Source: Ascoidea asiatica JCM 7603
Lineage: Eukaryota > Fungi > Ascomycota
Assembly (NCBI GenBank): GCA_001600695.1
Contig: BCKQ01000019.1
Coordinates: 174,309-231,179, forward strand
Reading direction: 5' to 3'
DNA length: 56,871 nt
Of the stretch, positions 45,748 through 56,870 are shown one piece after another (within the stretch, counting starts at the first letter, position 1; each line of letters starts with the position of its first letter). Position numbers and translations under genes: made by a program. Below the pieces are notes generated by a model. It ran no database searches. It had not been told where the DNA came from and saw only the letters and a program-made list of their open reading frames with translations.

Positions 45748-47622
45748 TTAAATTTCATAAGTAACACCTTCATATCTTTCAACAAATTTTTTAGGAATTT
45801 CAGCATACTTTGATCTTATAAAATCAGCAAAACCTTTACCTAAACCATCTAATCTACTTGATGAAGATATACCTCTACCTAAGATACCATAGACAACAAA
45901 ATGAACAGCTTTAATTAATGGCATTTCAACTCTTTCAATATAAAACCAATCTTCCCAATCTTCACCAATAAACTCTTTCATTTTATCTTTTGTTAAATAA
46001 GTTTTTAACCATTCATATTCATCATCTTCATGAACAAATAAACCAATATTAACATTACTACCTTTATCACCAGATCTTGCTAAAACAATTTTTTCTAATT
46101 CAGTCTCAATAGTTGGACCAAATGTTTTTAATTCAACTGGATTTGCAGTTTCATAATTTTCTCTAATACCAAATTCAGAAAATTTTGTAACTCTATCAGC
46201 ATCAAAAGTTTCAGTTGAATTATCTATTGGACTTAAAATTGTAACTTTTTCATCAAGATCTTTTTGACCTATTAAACATGGAAAATAAGCATTATATTTT
46301 GTTGGATGAAAAGTTCTTTGATCCATTGAAGTATGCATACCAGAATAATGTTGCATACCATATTTCATAAAACCATAAATTAAAGATGTTGCAACTTTAA
46401 AATCTTTTGTTTGAGCAAAAATTCTACAAAATGCTGTACCTCTATTTTGACCAGCTGGATTTTTATCAGATTTACCAAAAATTTGAAAATCTAAAACATC
46501 AAATTTATCATAAGTATTTTCTTCTTTTAAAGCATGAATTAATTGTTTTTTTAAGAAATTAAATTTAAATTCAGAATTTGTACCAGTTGCACAAAATGTT
46601 GTTTCACATTGATAACCACCTTGATAAAATAAAGATAATTTAGTTGTTGGAGGTGGAGGTAAACCTTTAACACCAGTTATTTTAACTCTATTTTTTGCAA
46701 CTTGTTGAACTTTAACATCATGAAGATCAGCAATAACATCACTATTAAGATATTTTGTACCTTGTAATTCATATAATAATTGACATCTAATATTATCAAC
46801 ATTTACTAAACCATTAAGAGATTCATGTTTTGTAATAATACAAGTACCATCACTTGCAACTTCAGCAATTGGATAACCTAAATCAATTAATTTTTCAATT
46901 GGTTTATATCTTTCAAAATCACAAAAATTAGCACCAGTACTATAACCAGAACATTCAATTAAATGACCTGCAATTAAAGAACCAGCTAATTTATCATAAT
47001 CATCAACTTTCCAACCATGCCACCAAGCAGATAAACCAATAATTGGGGAAGCATCAGCAATTCTACCACATATTATAATATCAGCACCATTTTCAAGACC
47101 TTTGATAATACCTCTTGCACCAAGATAAGCATTACAACTAACAATATCAACATTATCATAATCTTTTAAAAATCTAGTTGTAATATCACTATATTTAATA
47201 TCTGGATTTGCAGAATCTAAATGTTTTAAATGATATTCAGGTTTTATAAAATCTTTTGCTTTTTCAACTAAATTATCACCAGAAACATAAGCAACTTTTA
47301 AATTATAATTTTTTGCAACAACTTCTTCATGAATTCTTTCAGCTAAACCTTTTGCATTTTGAGCTCCACCATCTAAAACAACTTTAATTCTTTTTTCATT
47401 AATAACTGATAAAGTTTTTAAAATTGATAATTCTGCATTTTTTTCCCAACCTGGATGTTTACCATTTTTATAAGCTTCTGCATTACTTGCAATATTAACT
47501 TCTGCTAAATAATCACCATATAAAGCATCAACTTTTCCTTCAGTGGCTTGTCTATACATATTAATAGCTGTATCATTCATTGCACCTGCGCAATCAGCAA
47601 TAATAATTGGACGTTTACCCAT
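45748..47622 (-). CDS. AtuA / DUF1446 (acyclic terpene utilisation) family protein
   Basis: GDYLAEVN, NAYLGARGI..GL..GADIIICGRIADAS, AGHLIECSGY.TG.NF, QLLYELQG..YLNSDV, ARSGDKG..NIG, DGLGKGFADF. Confidence 0.93.
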   Translation of the reverse strand: MGKRPIIIADCAGAMNDTAINMYRQATEGKVDALYGDYLAEVNIASNAEAYKNGKHPGWEKNAELSILKTLSVINEKRIKVVLDGGAQNAKGLAERIHEEVVAKNYNLKVAYVSGDNLVEKAKDFIKPEYHLKHLDSANPDIKYSDITTRFLKDYDNVDIVSCNAYLGARGIIKGLENGADIIICGRIADASPIIGLSAWWHGWKVDDYDKLAGSLIAGHLIECSGYSTGANFCDFERYKPIEKLIDLGYPIAEVASDGTCIITKHESLNGLVNVDNIRCQLLYELQGTKYLNSDVIADLHDVKVQQVAKNRVKITGVKGLPPPPTTKLSLFYQGGYQCETTFCATGTNSEFKFNFLKKQLIHALKEENTYDKFDVLDFQIFGKSDKNPAGQNRGTAFCRIFAQTKDFKVATSLIYGFMKYGMQHYSGMHTSMDQRTFHPTKYNAYFPCLIGQKDLDEKVTILSPIDNSTETFDADRVTKFSEFGIRENYETANPVELKTFGPTIETELEKIVLARSGDKGSNVNIGLFVHEDDEYEWLKTYLTKDKMKEFIGEDWEDWFYIERVEMPLIKAVHFVVYGILGRGISSSSRLDGLGKGFADFIRSKYAEIPKKFVERYEGVTYEI

Positions 47623-47951
47623 TTTTTAAATTGAATTGTATTTGTTATTTGTGTTTGATTGTTTGTTTGATAATTGAATATATATTTGTATTCAATTGTA
47701 TTTGTATTTGTATTTGTAATTGTAATTGTAATTAAATTTATATTTGTAATTATTTAATAATTATTTCTTAATAAATAAAACTAGAAATTGAAAATATATT
47801 TATAAAAGGAGGATAAAAGATTATTTATATATTAAATAACTCATTTCTTAAAAAACAAGCTGCAAATTCATGAAATTAAGAAATTCAGTGTTAAAATTGA
47901 AATTTTGAATAAAATTACTCCAAACAAAAGCCAATCAAAACCAAAATAACA

Positions 47952-48337
47952 TTATGTCAGATATCTTATGTCAGAACTCTTACCACAGATATATTATGTC
48001 AGATATTATGTCAGATATTATGTCAGATATTATGTCAGATATTATTTAAAATATAAATAGCTTTTATTACGTAATATTTCCTCACGTAATCCACCTGAGA
48101 ACAATGAAATTTTTCTATTTCTGGGGTAACAGGATAAGGTTTTATCCTAAAATCCCGAGATTTACAGGCAGCCTAAACCTTAAATGTCGGGTGTTTAAAA
48201 ACCACACACCCATCGGCATTACGCCGTGCATTCCGGTTCCCTAGAATTCTCTCCGCAATAAAAAAGCACGTGTTGTCTTACGTGAGATGGCTGACGGGGG
48301 TTCATTACCCTCGTATTACGTGAGAATTCTTACATCA
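47952..48337. promoter_or_regulatory. Dense array of bZIP (Yap/CRE/PAR-like) sites in the AtuA / CoA-transferase divergent promoter
   Basis: TTATGTCA x6 (47952, 47966, 47994, 48006, 48018, 48030); palindrome TATTACGTAATA 48065-48076; TCACGTAA 48082; TTACGTGA 48278 and 48316; TTACATCA 48330. Confidence 0.75.
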
Positions 48338-48589
48338 GACCATTAAGGAACTGTTTGTTGTCAAAAGAATAAAAGAAATGTTGCAAGAAATTTTCAATTT
48401 CAACTTTTTATATAAATATTAATACTTTTGCTCTATGTTTTTTGGATGGGTTCTTTTGTTTGTTCAATTAAAGAATAAATAATTTTGATTGTATTTCTAC
48501 TTTCAATTATAATTCTAGTTTTTTATTAATTTTTTTGGTTTTTTTCAAAAATTCATATATTTTCACTATATAACTTCTTTTTAATTAAA

Positions 48590-50299
48590 ATGTCTTTTGA
48601 TAATTCTGAGTATACTGTTGCTAAAGAATCTAAAAGGATTCTTTCTGAAATCTTAAATGATGACAGACTTTTAGTTCCTGATTATATTAAACAATTTTCT
48701 AGTAATGTTGAATTCATTTCCCCTTCCGGTAATGAAAAACCTTTTTTACCAACTTCTTTAAAAATGAGTGAATCTTCTGCTTCTTTATGGGGGTTTTTAT
48801 CATGTTTTGCAAATGGTATTATAAAAGATAGATATAATCCAGAAAATAATCAAATTGCAACAATTGATACTGATTTATCTACATTATATTTAAATTCAAT
48901 TCCTTTTATTCAATTTAATGGAAATAATTTAGCTTCTTCAGAGTTAACAGAAAGAAATATAAGATACGATTTACATCAAAATCAATCTTCACCTTACAGA
49001 TTTCTTTCAACAAATATTTATCAAACAAAAGATAATAAATATTTTCATTTACATGGTTCAATAAATCCAACTCCAACTTTAGAAATGATAAATCTACCAC
49101 CTTTTAATGATGAACTTTCAAAAAAATCTCAAAGAGAAATTGCAAATTTTTATAATAATCATCTTAAAAAAAATTTTGATAGTGATTATTTAGATATTTA
49201 TTCAAATGAAAGATTTAAACAACCTGGTACAATTTGTTATAAATATAATGATTTTATTAAAACTGATTATGGTAAATTAATTGATAAAGAACCAATTTAT
49301 AATTTATATAAAGTTAATCCTGAATTACCTTCAATTTCATGGCCAAAAGTTACAAAAGGTACTGGAAGACCTTTAGAAGGTATTAAAGTTATTGATATTT
49401 CAAGAGTTGTTGCAGCTCCTCAAATTACAAAAATCTTAGCTTCTTTAGGTGCAACTATTATAAGAATTTCATGTTCTACAAATCCAGATTTATCTGTTTT
49501 AATGTATGATGGTAATTTAGGTAAAAGAGATATTTCTTTAAATTTAAAATCAAAAGAAGGTAAAAAAACTTTAGATAATTTAATTCAAACCGCTGATGTT
49601 TTTCTTGATGGTTATAGACCAAATGCTTTAGCTAAATTAGGATTTTCTCAAGATTATTTACAATTTATTGCTAAACAAAGAAATAAAGGTATGATAGTTG
49701 CAAGAGAAAATTGTTATGGTTATGTTGGAAGTTTAAAAAATAGAGCAGGTTGGCAACAAATTGCAGATGCTATATCTGGTGTTGCTTATGAACATGGTAA
49801 ATTTTTAGATTTAGATGAACCTATTTTACCTTTATTACCAAATGCAGATTTTCAAGTTGCTTTAATTGGGGTTGCAGGTATATTAAATGCTTTATATAAA
49901 AGATCAAAAGAAGGTGGTTCTTATAATCTTGATGTTTCATTAGTTCAATATGATTTATTTTTCTTAAAATTAGGTATTTTACCAATTGAAGAACAACTTA
50001 GATTAAAACAAGATTATAAAACAAATGAAAATTCAAGTATTTCTAATGTTTTTAATTTAAGATTTTTTGATGATATGGCAACTTTATCAACAAAAGTTAC
50101 TAAATATTTATTTTCAATGGAAAATACAAGAAAAATTATTTTAAATCCTAATAATTATTCAACTGCAGATTCAAAATGGGGTGTAGAAAATGAAAAAATA
50201 AAATTTATTAAACCTCCTTTAAGTTTTACAGATATTCAATTATCTTATGATATTGGTACTTGTCAAATGAATTCTTATGAACCTGAATGGCCCTTTTAA
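48590..50299 (+). CDS. Family III (CaiB/BaiF) CoA-transferase, long fungal type
   Basis: YFHLHGSINP, RPLEGIKVIDISRVVAAP, NLGKRDISLNL, ADVFLDGYRP, RAGWQQIADA, LPNADF (probable catalytic Asp). Confidence 0.92.
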   Translation: MSFDNSEYTVAKESKRILSEILNDDRLLVPDYIKQFSSNVEFISPSGNEKPFLPTSLKMSESSASLWGFLSCFANGIIKDRYNPENNQIATIDTDLSTLYLNSIPFIQFNGNNLASSELTERNIRYDLHQNQSSPYRFLSTNIYQTKDNKYFHLHGSINPTPTLEMINLPPFNDELSKKSQREIANFYNNHLKKNFDSDYLDIYSNERFKQPGTICYKYNDFIKTDYGKLIDKEPIYNLYKVNPELPSISWPKVTKGTGRPLEGIKVIDISRVVAAPQITKILASLGATIIRISCSTNPDLSVLMYDGNLGKRDISLNLKSKEGKKTLDNLIQTADVFLDGYRPNALAKLGFSQDYLQFIAKQRNKGMIVARENCYGYVGSLKNRAGWQQIADAISGVAYEHGKFLDLDEPILPLLPNADFQVALIGVAGILNALYKRSKEGGSYNLDVSLVQYDLFFLKLGILPIEEQLRLKQDYKTNENSSISNVFNLRFFDDMATLSTKVTKYLFSMENTRKIILNPNNYSTADSKWGVENEKIKFIKPPLSFTDIQLSYDIGTCQMNSYEPEWPF

Positions 50300-50613
50300 T
50301 GTTTAAATGATTAATTTTTTTTTTTTTTTTTTGATTTATTTTTCTTGGTTTTAAGTCTCGAAAATTTATAAAAGATAAAAAGTATTCTTAATTCATAAGT
50401 TGATTAATAATATATATATTTATCAAAAAATAATAAACATTTTTTACATATTTTGGCATATATAAGTTGTCGTAATGAAATTACATAAAAAAAAATCACT
50501 TTTAGAAGAAATTGCAAAAAAATACATAAGTTGAAAAATATTAATAACAATAACTGTATAATATTTAAAAAATCAAAAAAATGGAATTCAACTCTTTTGA
50601 AAATCATTGAAAA

Positions 50614-52449
50614 TCATTGTGTAACACTTTCAGTTAATGGATCAATAGTATTTATACTTGAAATAAATGCAAGCATATTTAATAGATTATCATTCATTTC
50701 TAATGAATTTAAAACACTTTTTTCTGAATATGAGATTAAATTTGAATTTTGAGGGAAAATATTTGGAAAATTAATAGTAAATTTTTGATGAATTTTCCAA
50801 TTATCAATATTTTGAATATTTGAATTGAATAAAATTAAATAAATTTCATTTGAATAATTTGAATATAAAATATCATTAAAATCTTTTATGAAAAAAGCTC
50901 CTTCACTAGTTTCAATTAAAATATTTTTGAATAGATTATCTAATAGATTATTTAAAAGATTATTATTAAGATAATTTGAATTATTTATTTCATTTATATT
51001 ATTTATATTATTTATATTATTTATATTATTTATATTATTTATACTATTTATATCCATAATATTAGTAGAAGATGAGAATTTCATAATAATTGAATTTCTA
51101 ATTTCAGGCCATGGAATAAAATTTATCATTGGATTATAAGCAAAAGGAATATTTAATAAATGTTTATTAATTAAATTTAATTGTAAAGCAGTTGGAATAA
51201 AATTTTTTGGTTTAATTAAATTTAAATTGGAAGTACTTGGATTAAGTAAAAATATTAAAATTGATTTAAACCACATTTTAGAATTTAAAGTTAATGAAAT
51301 AAATTTCATTATTGGAGAAACTATTTCAAATAATTCTAATTGAGTTAAAATATGTCTTTGAATGATGAAAGAATCTGAATGAAGTTGATATTTTAAAGAA
51401 TTTTTTAATTTATTAAAAAAAAATAAAAAATTTTCTGTTTGAGTTCTATTATTTTTTGAAATTAATTCATTTTCATTAATTGAATTTTTAATTTCAATAT
51501 TATATGAAGTTTTTGAAATATCATTTTTTAAAAATTTAGATTGATTTTTATTTAATTTTGATATTAAATTCAAAGGATTTTTTTCAACTTGAATTTTTGT
51601 TAAATCAGTATCATTATCATGAGATATTAAATTAGAAATAGCTAAAGGACTATTACTTGAACTATGAATATTTGTAGATAAATTTAAATTTGATTTTGAT
51701 GAAAAAGATTGATTTGAATATTTTTCTTTTGAAATTTGATTATTACCATTATTTATATCTTGAATTGATTTATTATTATTATTATTATCAATTGAAATTG
51801 GAGTTTGATTATATTTTTCAATTTCTTTTTCATTCTCTTTTTCAATTTTTTCTTTGTTCTCTTGACAAATTTCTTTTCTTATTTCATTTCTTATTTCATT
51901 TTTTATCTCATTCTTTATCTGATTTTTAATTTCATTATCATAACTATTTTTAATTTGATTTTTACTATAGTTACTTAATTTATCATTATCATCAAGATTC
52001 AATAAAGAATTTGATAAATTTTTAGAATCTTTGATTATTCTAATCAAATCATCAAAGTTATTATTTAAATCAAATAATAAATCCTTATAAGTATTATTTT
52101 CTTCAATTAATTCTAAGATTGTATTTTGATTATCATTGTTGTCATTATTATCATTATTGGAATCATTATCATTGTCATTACTATCATCACTATCATTATT
52201 TTGCTTTTTAAATGAGTTTTCAATGCTTGTATTATTATTTAAAAGTGATTTCCCATGAGTTGATTTCATTAAAATCTCTATCTTTTTTTCAAGTTGTTTT
52301 ATCTTTATTGATTTCTTTTCTCTGTATTTTTTTTGTGATATTCTATTTTGTTTCCTTTTTTTCTCAAGAGCAGATAAGGATTGACTATTACTACTCTTGT
52401 TAAGATTATTATTGTCATTACTATTACTATTACTTTTGTCTAACTCCAT
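50614..52449 (-). CDS. bZIP transcription factor with a C-terminal DUF3425-like region
   Basis: Basic region EKKRKQNRISQKKYREKK plus zipper IKQLEKKIEIL; C-terminal PTALQL...INFIPWPEIRNSII...NWKI..F...FP. Confidence 0.85.
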   Translation of the reverse strand: MELDKSNSNSNDNNNLNKSSNSQSLSALEKKRKQNRISQKKYREKKSIKIKQLEKKIEILMKSTHGKSLLNNNTSIENSFKKQNNDSDDSNDNDNDSNNDNNDNNDNQNTILELIEENNTYKDLLFDLNNNFDDLIRIIKDSKNLSNSLLNLDDNDKLSNYSKNQIKNSYDNEIKNQIKNEIKNEIRNEIRKEICQENKEKIEKENEKEIEKYNQTPISIDNNNNNKSIQDINNGNNQISKEKYSNQSFSSKSNLNLSTNIHSSSNSPLAISNLISHDNDTDLTKIQVEKNPLNLISKLNKNQSKFLKNDISKTSYNIEIKNSINENELISKNNRTQTENFLFFFNKLKNSLKYQLHSDSFIIQRHILTQLELFEIVSPIMKFISLTLNSKMWFKSILIFLLNPSTSNLNLIKPKNFIPTALQLNLINKHLLNIPFAYNPMINFIPWPEIRNSIIMKFSSSTNIMDINSINNINNINNINNINNINEINNSNYLNNNLLNNLLDNLFKNILIETSEGAFFIKDFNDILYSNYSNEIYLILFNSNIQNIDNWKIHQKFTINFPNIFPQNSNLISYSEKSVLNSLEMNDNLLNMLAFISSINTIDPLTESVTQ

Positions 52450-52959
52450 GATTCTACTGCAATTGATTGGATTGATGAATATTTTGTTTTTTTAATCTTT
52501 GATATATTCATCAATGCTCAAATAATAATTATTTTCAGTTAGTTCAAAATATTCTTCAATTTCACAAAAAGACAATTTTGGCAAAAATGAAATGGGAAGA
52601 AACGAAATGTTAGGACATGCAGGCTTAGCGGTTAATACGCACAAGCAAGCACGCGTGTCTAAAAGCGCAATAAATGTGCTGCGCTGTTTATTTATGCACT
52701 CATCTGAAGTGTACATTTACCAACGTGCTTATGCATGATCCGTTTAAGTGGTAATTACCAATTGTGTGGGTGCATTTATTTAAAAATAATTTAGGACATA
52801 CTAATAGGACACCTAAGAACTATCTAATTCCTCTAATTCAATTTTATATATTCAACAGTTTTAAAGAAGATACTTGGAATTAAATAAAAGTAATATAGAA
52901 ATCTCTGACAGTGGTGGATTGATTTATTATATGTATATATATATATATATATATATTTA

Positions 52960-54458
52960 CTAAATATTACCAAAGTCATCATGGCTTGTAGCAACAATAT
53001 TTATAGGTAATTTACATGAAAATACATTACCATTTAATATTTCTCTTCCAAGATATAATTTACCTTTTTTATCTTCATATATTTTTTCATATAAAACTTT
53101 ATCTACATTGACTTCACTAATGTCATTATTGCCATTTTCTTTCATTATTTCTTGATCTTGAGTATCATTTTCAGTTTCATTATTATCATTATAATTTTCA
53201 TCCTCATCTTCATCGTCGTAATAATCTTCAGGATCTAATTTATTTTCAATAATTATAAATTTCAAATTTAAAAAATATTGAATTTTAAAAAAATTACTCT
53301 TAAATTGTGGTGATAAATGAAAAGGTATATTGAAATTTAATTGTAATTTATCATAATTTAAAACTGAAACTCTTTTACAACTTATATTACAAGAAAATTC
53401 ATTATAATAATCTTCATCATTAATCATTAATTTTTCAATTTTTATCATTTCTTCTTTTTCTTTTTCAAGTTTTTCAAGTTTTTCTTTTTTTTTTTGATTT
53501 TTTTTTTCAATATCACTTTTAATAATATTTTCATTATTAATAATGGATGATGAATTTCCTATCAAATTATCATCTTCTTTATTATCATTTGTACTTTTAT
53601 TTTGATCTTTTAAAATATTTTTCTTCTCAGTTTTACTTTTATTATTATCTTCATTATTATCTTCATTCTGGTCATTATGGTCATTATGGTCATTATCATT
53701 ATCATTATCAGTATCAATATCACTATCATCACTATCACTGTCATTATTATTATTATTGAATTCAACTAAATATTTGTAATTATAATTTTCAAAAATATCA
53801 AATTCTAAAATTATTCCACTAACTTTATAAAAATTTTTATTAATTGAATTATTTAAATTATTGAAATTAAAAATTAAATTAACTTGATCACCAATTTCAT
53901 AATATGGTTTTGAATACATTAAATGACAAATAAATTTTTTATTATATTTAATTAAAAATTGATTTTGAAATGGAAATTTAACAATACTTTCATAATTTAT
54001 ATTATCTTTACTTTCTTTATTAGTATTTGTATTATTAATATTACTTTTATTTAATAATTTATTTCTTTCCTCTGTATTTTCAATATCATCTTTAATCTCA
54101 TCTTTTATATCATTTTCAATATCATTTTCAATATCATTTTTATTATAATTATTGATTTTTTCACTTGTCATTATTAAACTTTTATCTTTAATTAACATTT
54201 CCATTTTTTTAATAAAATTTTTTTTTAAATTTAAATTTGAATTATTTTCAAAATTATTATTTTTTGTTAAAATTTTATTATTTAATAATTTAAATTTATT
54301 TTGTTGTAATAAATAATTTGAAATTGATTTAAAATTTGATCTTAAATTAAATTTATAATTTTGTTTATCATTTAAATCTAAAATTAAATAATTATTTTTA
54401 TTTAATTTTTTTAAATTATTAAAAAATTCTAATTTAAAATTTATTATTGGTTTAATTA

Positions 54459-54502
<44 letters not shown>

Positions 54503-54810
54503 GGAAAAATTTTTAATGGAAAAAATAAATTTAATTTTATTGGTTTTTTAATTGTTGAATTAATTAATAATTTTTCAACATTTAAAATTAAATTATAATT
54601 AATTTTTATAAAATTACCTTTATAATTACAAGGTAATGAATTTGGAATTTTAAATTTAAAATAATATTGTTTTATATCCCCAGGTTTTAAATTTATTTCA
54701 ATAAATAATAAACATTGTTCAGTTGTGAAAAAGGGAATGATATTATTAATATTCAGTAAAATTTTATTTGATTCAGTATTTGAGTTATTATTATTAATAA
54801 AATTTGGATC

Positions 54811-54856
<46 letters not shown>

Positions 54857-55532
54857 GTATTGATGTTATTGATATTATTATTATTATTATTATAATTATA
54901 ATTATTATTTATAAATTGATTAGAATTATTATTAGTTTGAAATTCAGCAATATCACCAACATTAGTATCTAAAAAATTTGAAATATTTGTTGTTAAATTA
55001 TTTAAAAAAGAAGATTGATTAATTAAATTTATATTTGATAAATCAAGTGATTGAATTGCAGCAAATTTTCCAGCAATTATTGAATTTTTTTTAATTTTAA
55101 TAAATTTTGAATCATCTATAACATTATTATCAATAATTGCATAACCAAATAATTGTATATTACCAATTAATAAAGTTTCTCCATTATCTATTATATCATT
55201 ACTATTATTATTATTATTATTATTATTATTGTTATTATTATTGGAATTATTATTAGAATTACTATTAGTAATATCATTATCATTATCTTTAAGTTGATCC
55301 AGAAATAAAGATCTTGTTGAATTTGATAATTGTTGAGATAATTTTCTACCAAAACCAGTCCATGAATTTGGATCTAAGAAAGAATTAGAAGAAACTGAGG
55401 AAGTATGAGATTGAGATTGAGATTGAGATTGAGATTGAGATTGAGAATCAGATTGTGATTGAAGACTAACAGTTGATCTTATTGAAGATACAGAATTAGA
55501 ATGATTTCTATTAAGTGCAGGAGTATTAAGCA

Positions 55533-55563
<31 letters not shown>

Positions 55564-55716
55564 ACTTGTTTTTTTTTTGATTAATTTTTTACCTAAATGA
55601 CGAAATCTTATAATTGCAGAAACATCTTCACCAGCATAAAATGGATTTGATTCATAAACTATTTCAACTCGTACATTTGGAGTTAATAATTGGTTACATA
55701 TAAAATGAGTAATCAT
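52960..55716 (-). CDS. RGP1: Rgp1 subunit of the Ric1-Rgp1 Ypt6 exchange factor
   Basis: VRVEIVYESNPFYAGE..SAIIRFRHLG, PFFTTEQCLLF, LPCNYKG, SKPYYEIGD, PQFKSNFF, FSCKLPI. Confidence 0.85.
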
Positions 55717-56095
55717 TTTATGAATTGATTAATATTGATTGATATTATTATATTACAAAAGTTATATTAATTTTGAATATGTTTCTCATATCTATTATCA
55801 ATTGACTAGATATTCTTGAGTAAAGTTTTTGTTAGCTAATTGGTGATGAATTCTTTCTTTATTAATGAGAAACTATTTAATTCAGGTCTTTTAATGAGTG
55901 GATTGTATTAGATTATTAGATCATTAGATATCATCTCATTGAATTGAATTGAATATAAATAAATCTGAGATAGACCTTGTTTTTGTTTTCTGATTTCGTT
56001 AGCGCCGATGAAAGCGTTTCTTGTCATCTTCAGAAAGAAAAGGCCAGCACACACACACGCCACCACCCAGATCAAAGACATTCAAACAGGACTCA

Positions 56096-56189
56096 TCCCC
56101 ATTAGCTCAGTTGGTAGAGCGTTCGGCTTTTAGGGATTTGTTAATTTCGAGACACCGAAATGTCTAGGGTTCGAGCCCCTAATGAGGAG
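56096..56189 (+). tRNA. tRNA-Lys(UUU) with intron (copy 2)
   Basis: Identical by eye to 7174-7267, including the intron. Confidence 0.96.
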
Positions 56190-56299
56190 TCCTTTTTTAT
56201 TTTATTTATTTTTGTATATTTCATTTTAATTTTCTTACTTTTGGTGATTGACACTAATACGCTTGAAATCCACAGTTGAATTTTTAATTTTATAAACTT

Positions 56300-56372
56300 G
56301 GGCGTGTAGCGCAGTTGGTAGCGTGTCTGCTTTGCATGCAGAAGGTCTCCGGTTCGAATCCGGACTCGTCCA
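56300..56372 (+). tRNA. tRNA-Ala(UGC) (copy 2)
   Basis: Two substitutions relative to 7769-7841. Confidence 0.95.
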
Positions 56373-56787
56373 TTTTGTATTGTACTTAATTTTCAAAAAT
56401 TATTGTTTTTTTTTATTATTATTACAATAGTATTTTGAACTAGTTTATTTTTTAAAATTATTGAAGATAATACATTATATATATCATAAAATATTGATTA
56501 AGAAAAAATAAGAATTTGTATAAGATTATAGTCAGACTCAAATTCATGTGTATAAGCAAAAAATTGAGAAATTAAAAATAGTGAATATGTTAAATATTCA
56601 ATATTATAAACTATTAATTAAAATAAAATTATGAATATTTCTCTTATTCTGGGATTATTGAAATTGTCGTTTTTGTTCATTTCTCTTCAATAGCCATCTT
56701 AATTTATGGTTTATTTGTTTTTTTTACAGAAATAAAAATATTACAAACGTGTAAAATTAAACAAAATTGAAAAAACAAAAAAGAAAA

Positions 56788-56870
56788 TGAAGGATGCGAG
56801 GTTCGAACTCGCGCGGGAATTTCCCAGTAGATCTTAAGTCTACCGCCTTAGACCACTCGGCCAACCCTCC
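56788..56870 (-). tRNA. tRNA-Leu(UAA) (copy 2)
   Basis: Identical by eye to 8548-8630. Confidence 0.96.

Noticed and set aside
47952-48045. CRISPR-like or other spaced arrays (also at 2894, 42120, 9428)
   Set aside because: Eukaryotic DNA; the repeats are short and contiguous, with no unique spacers
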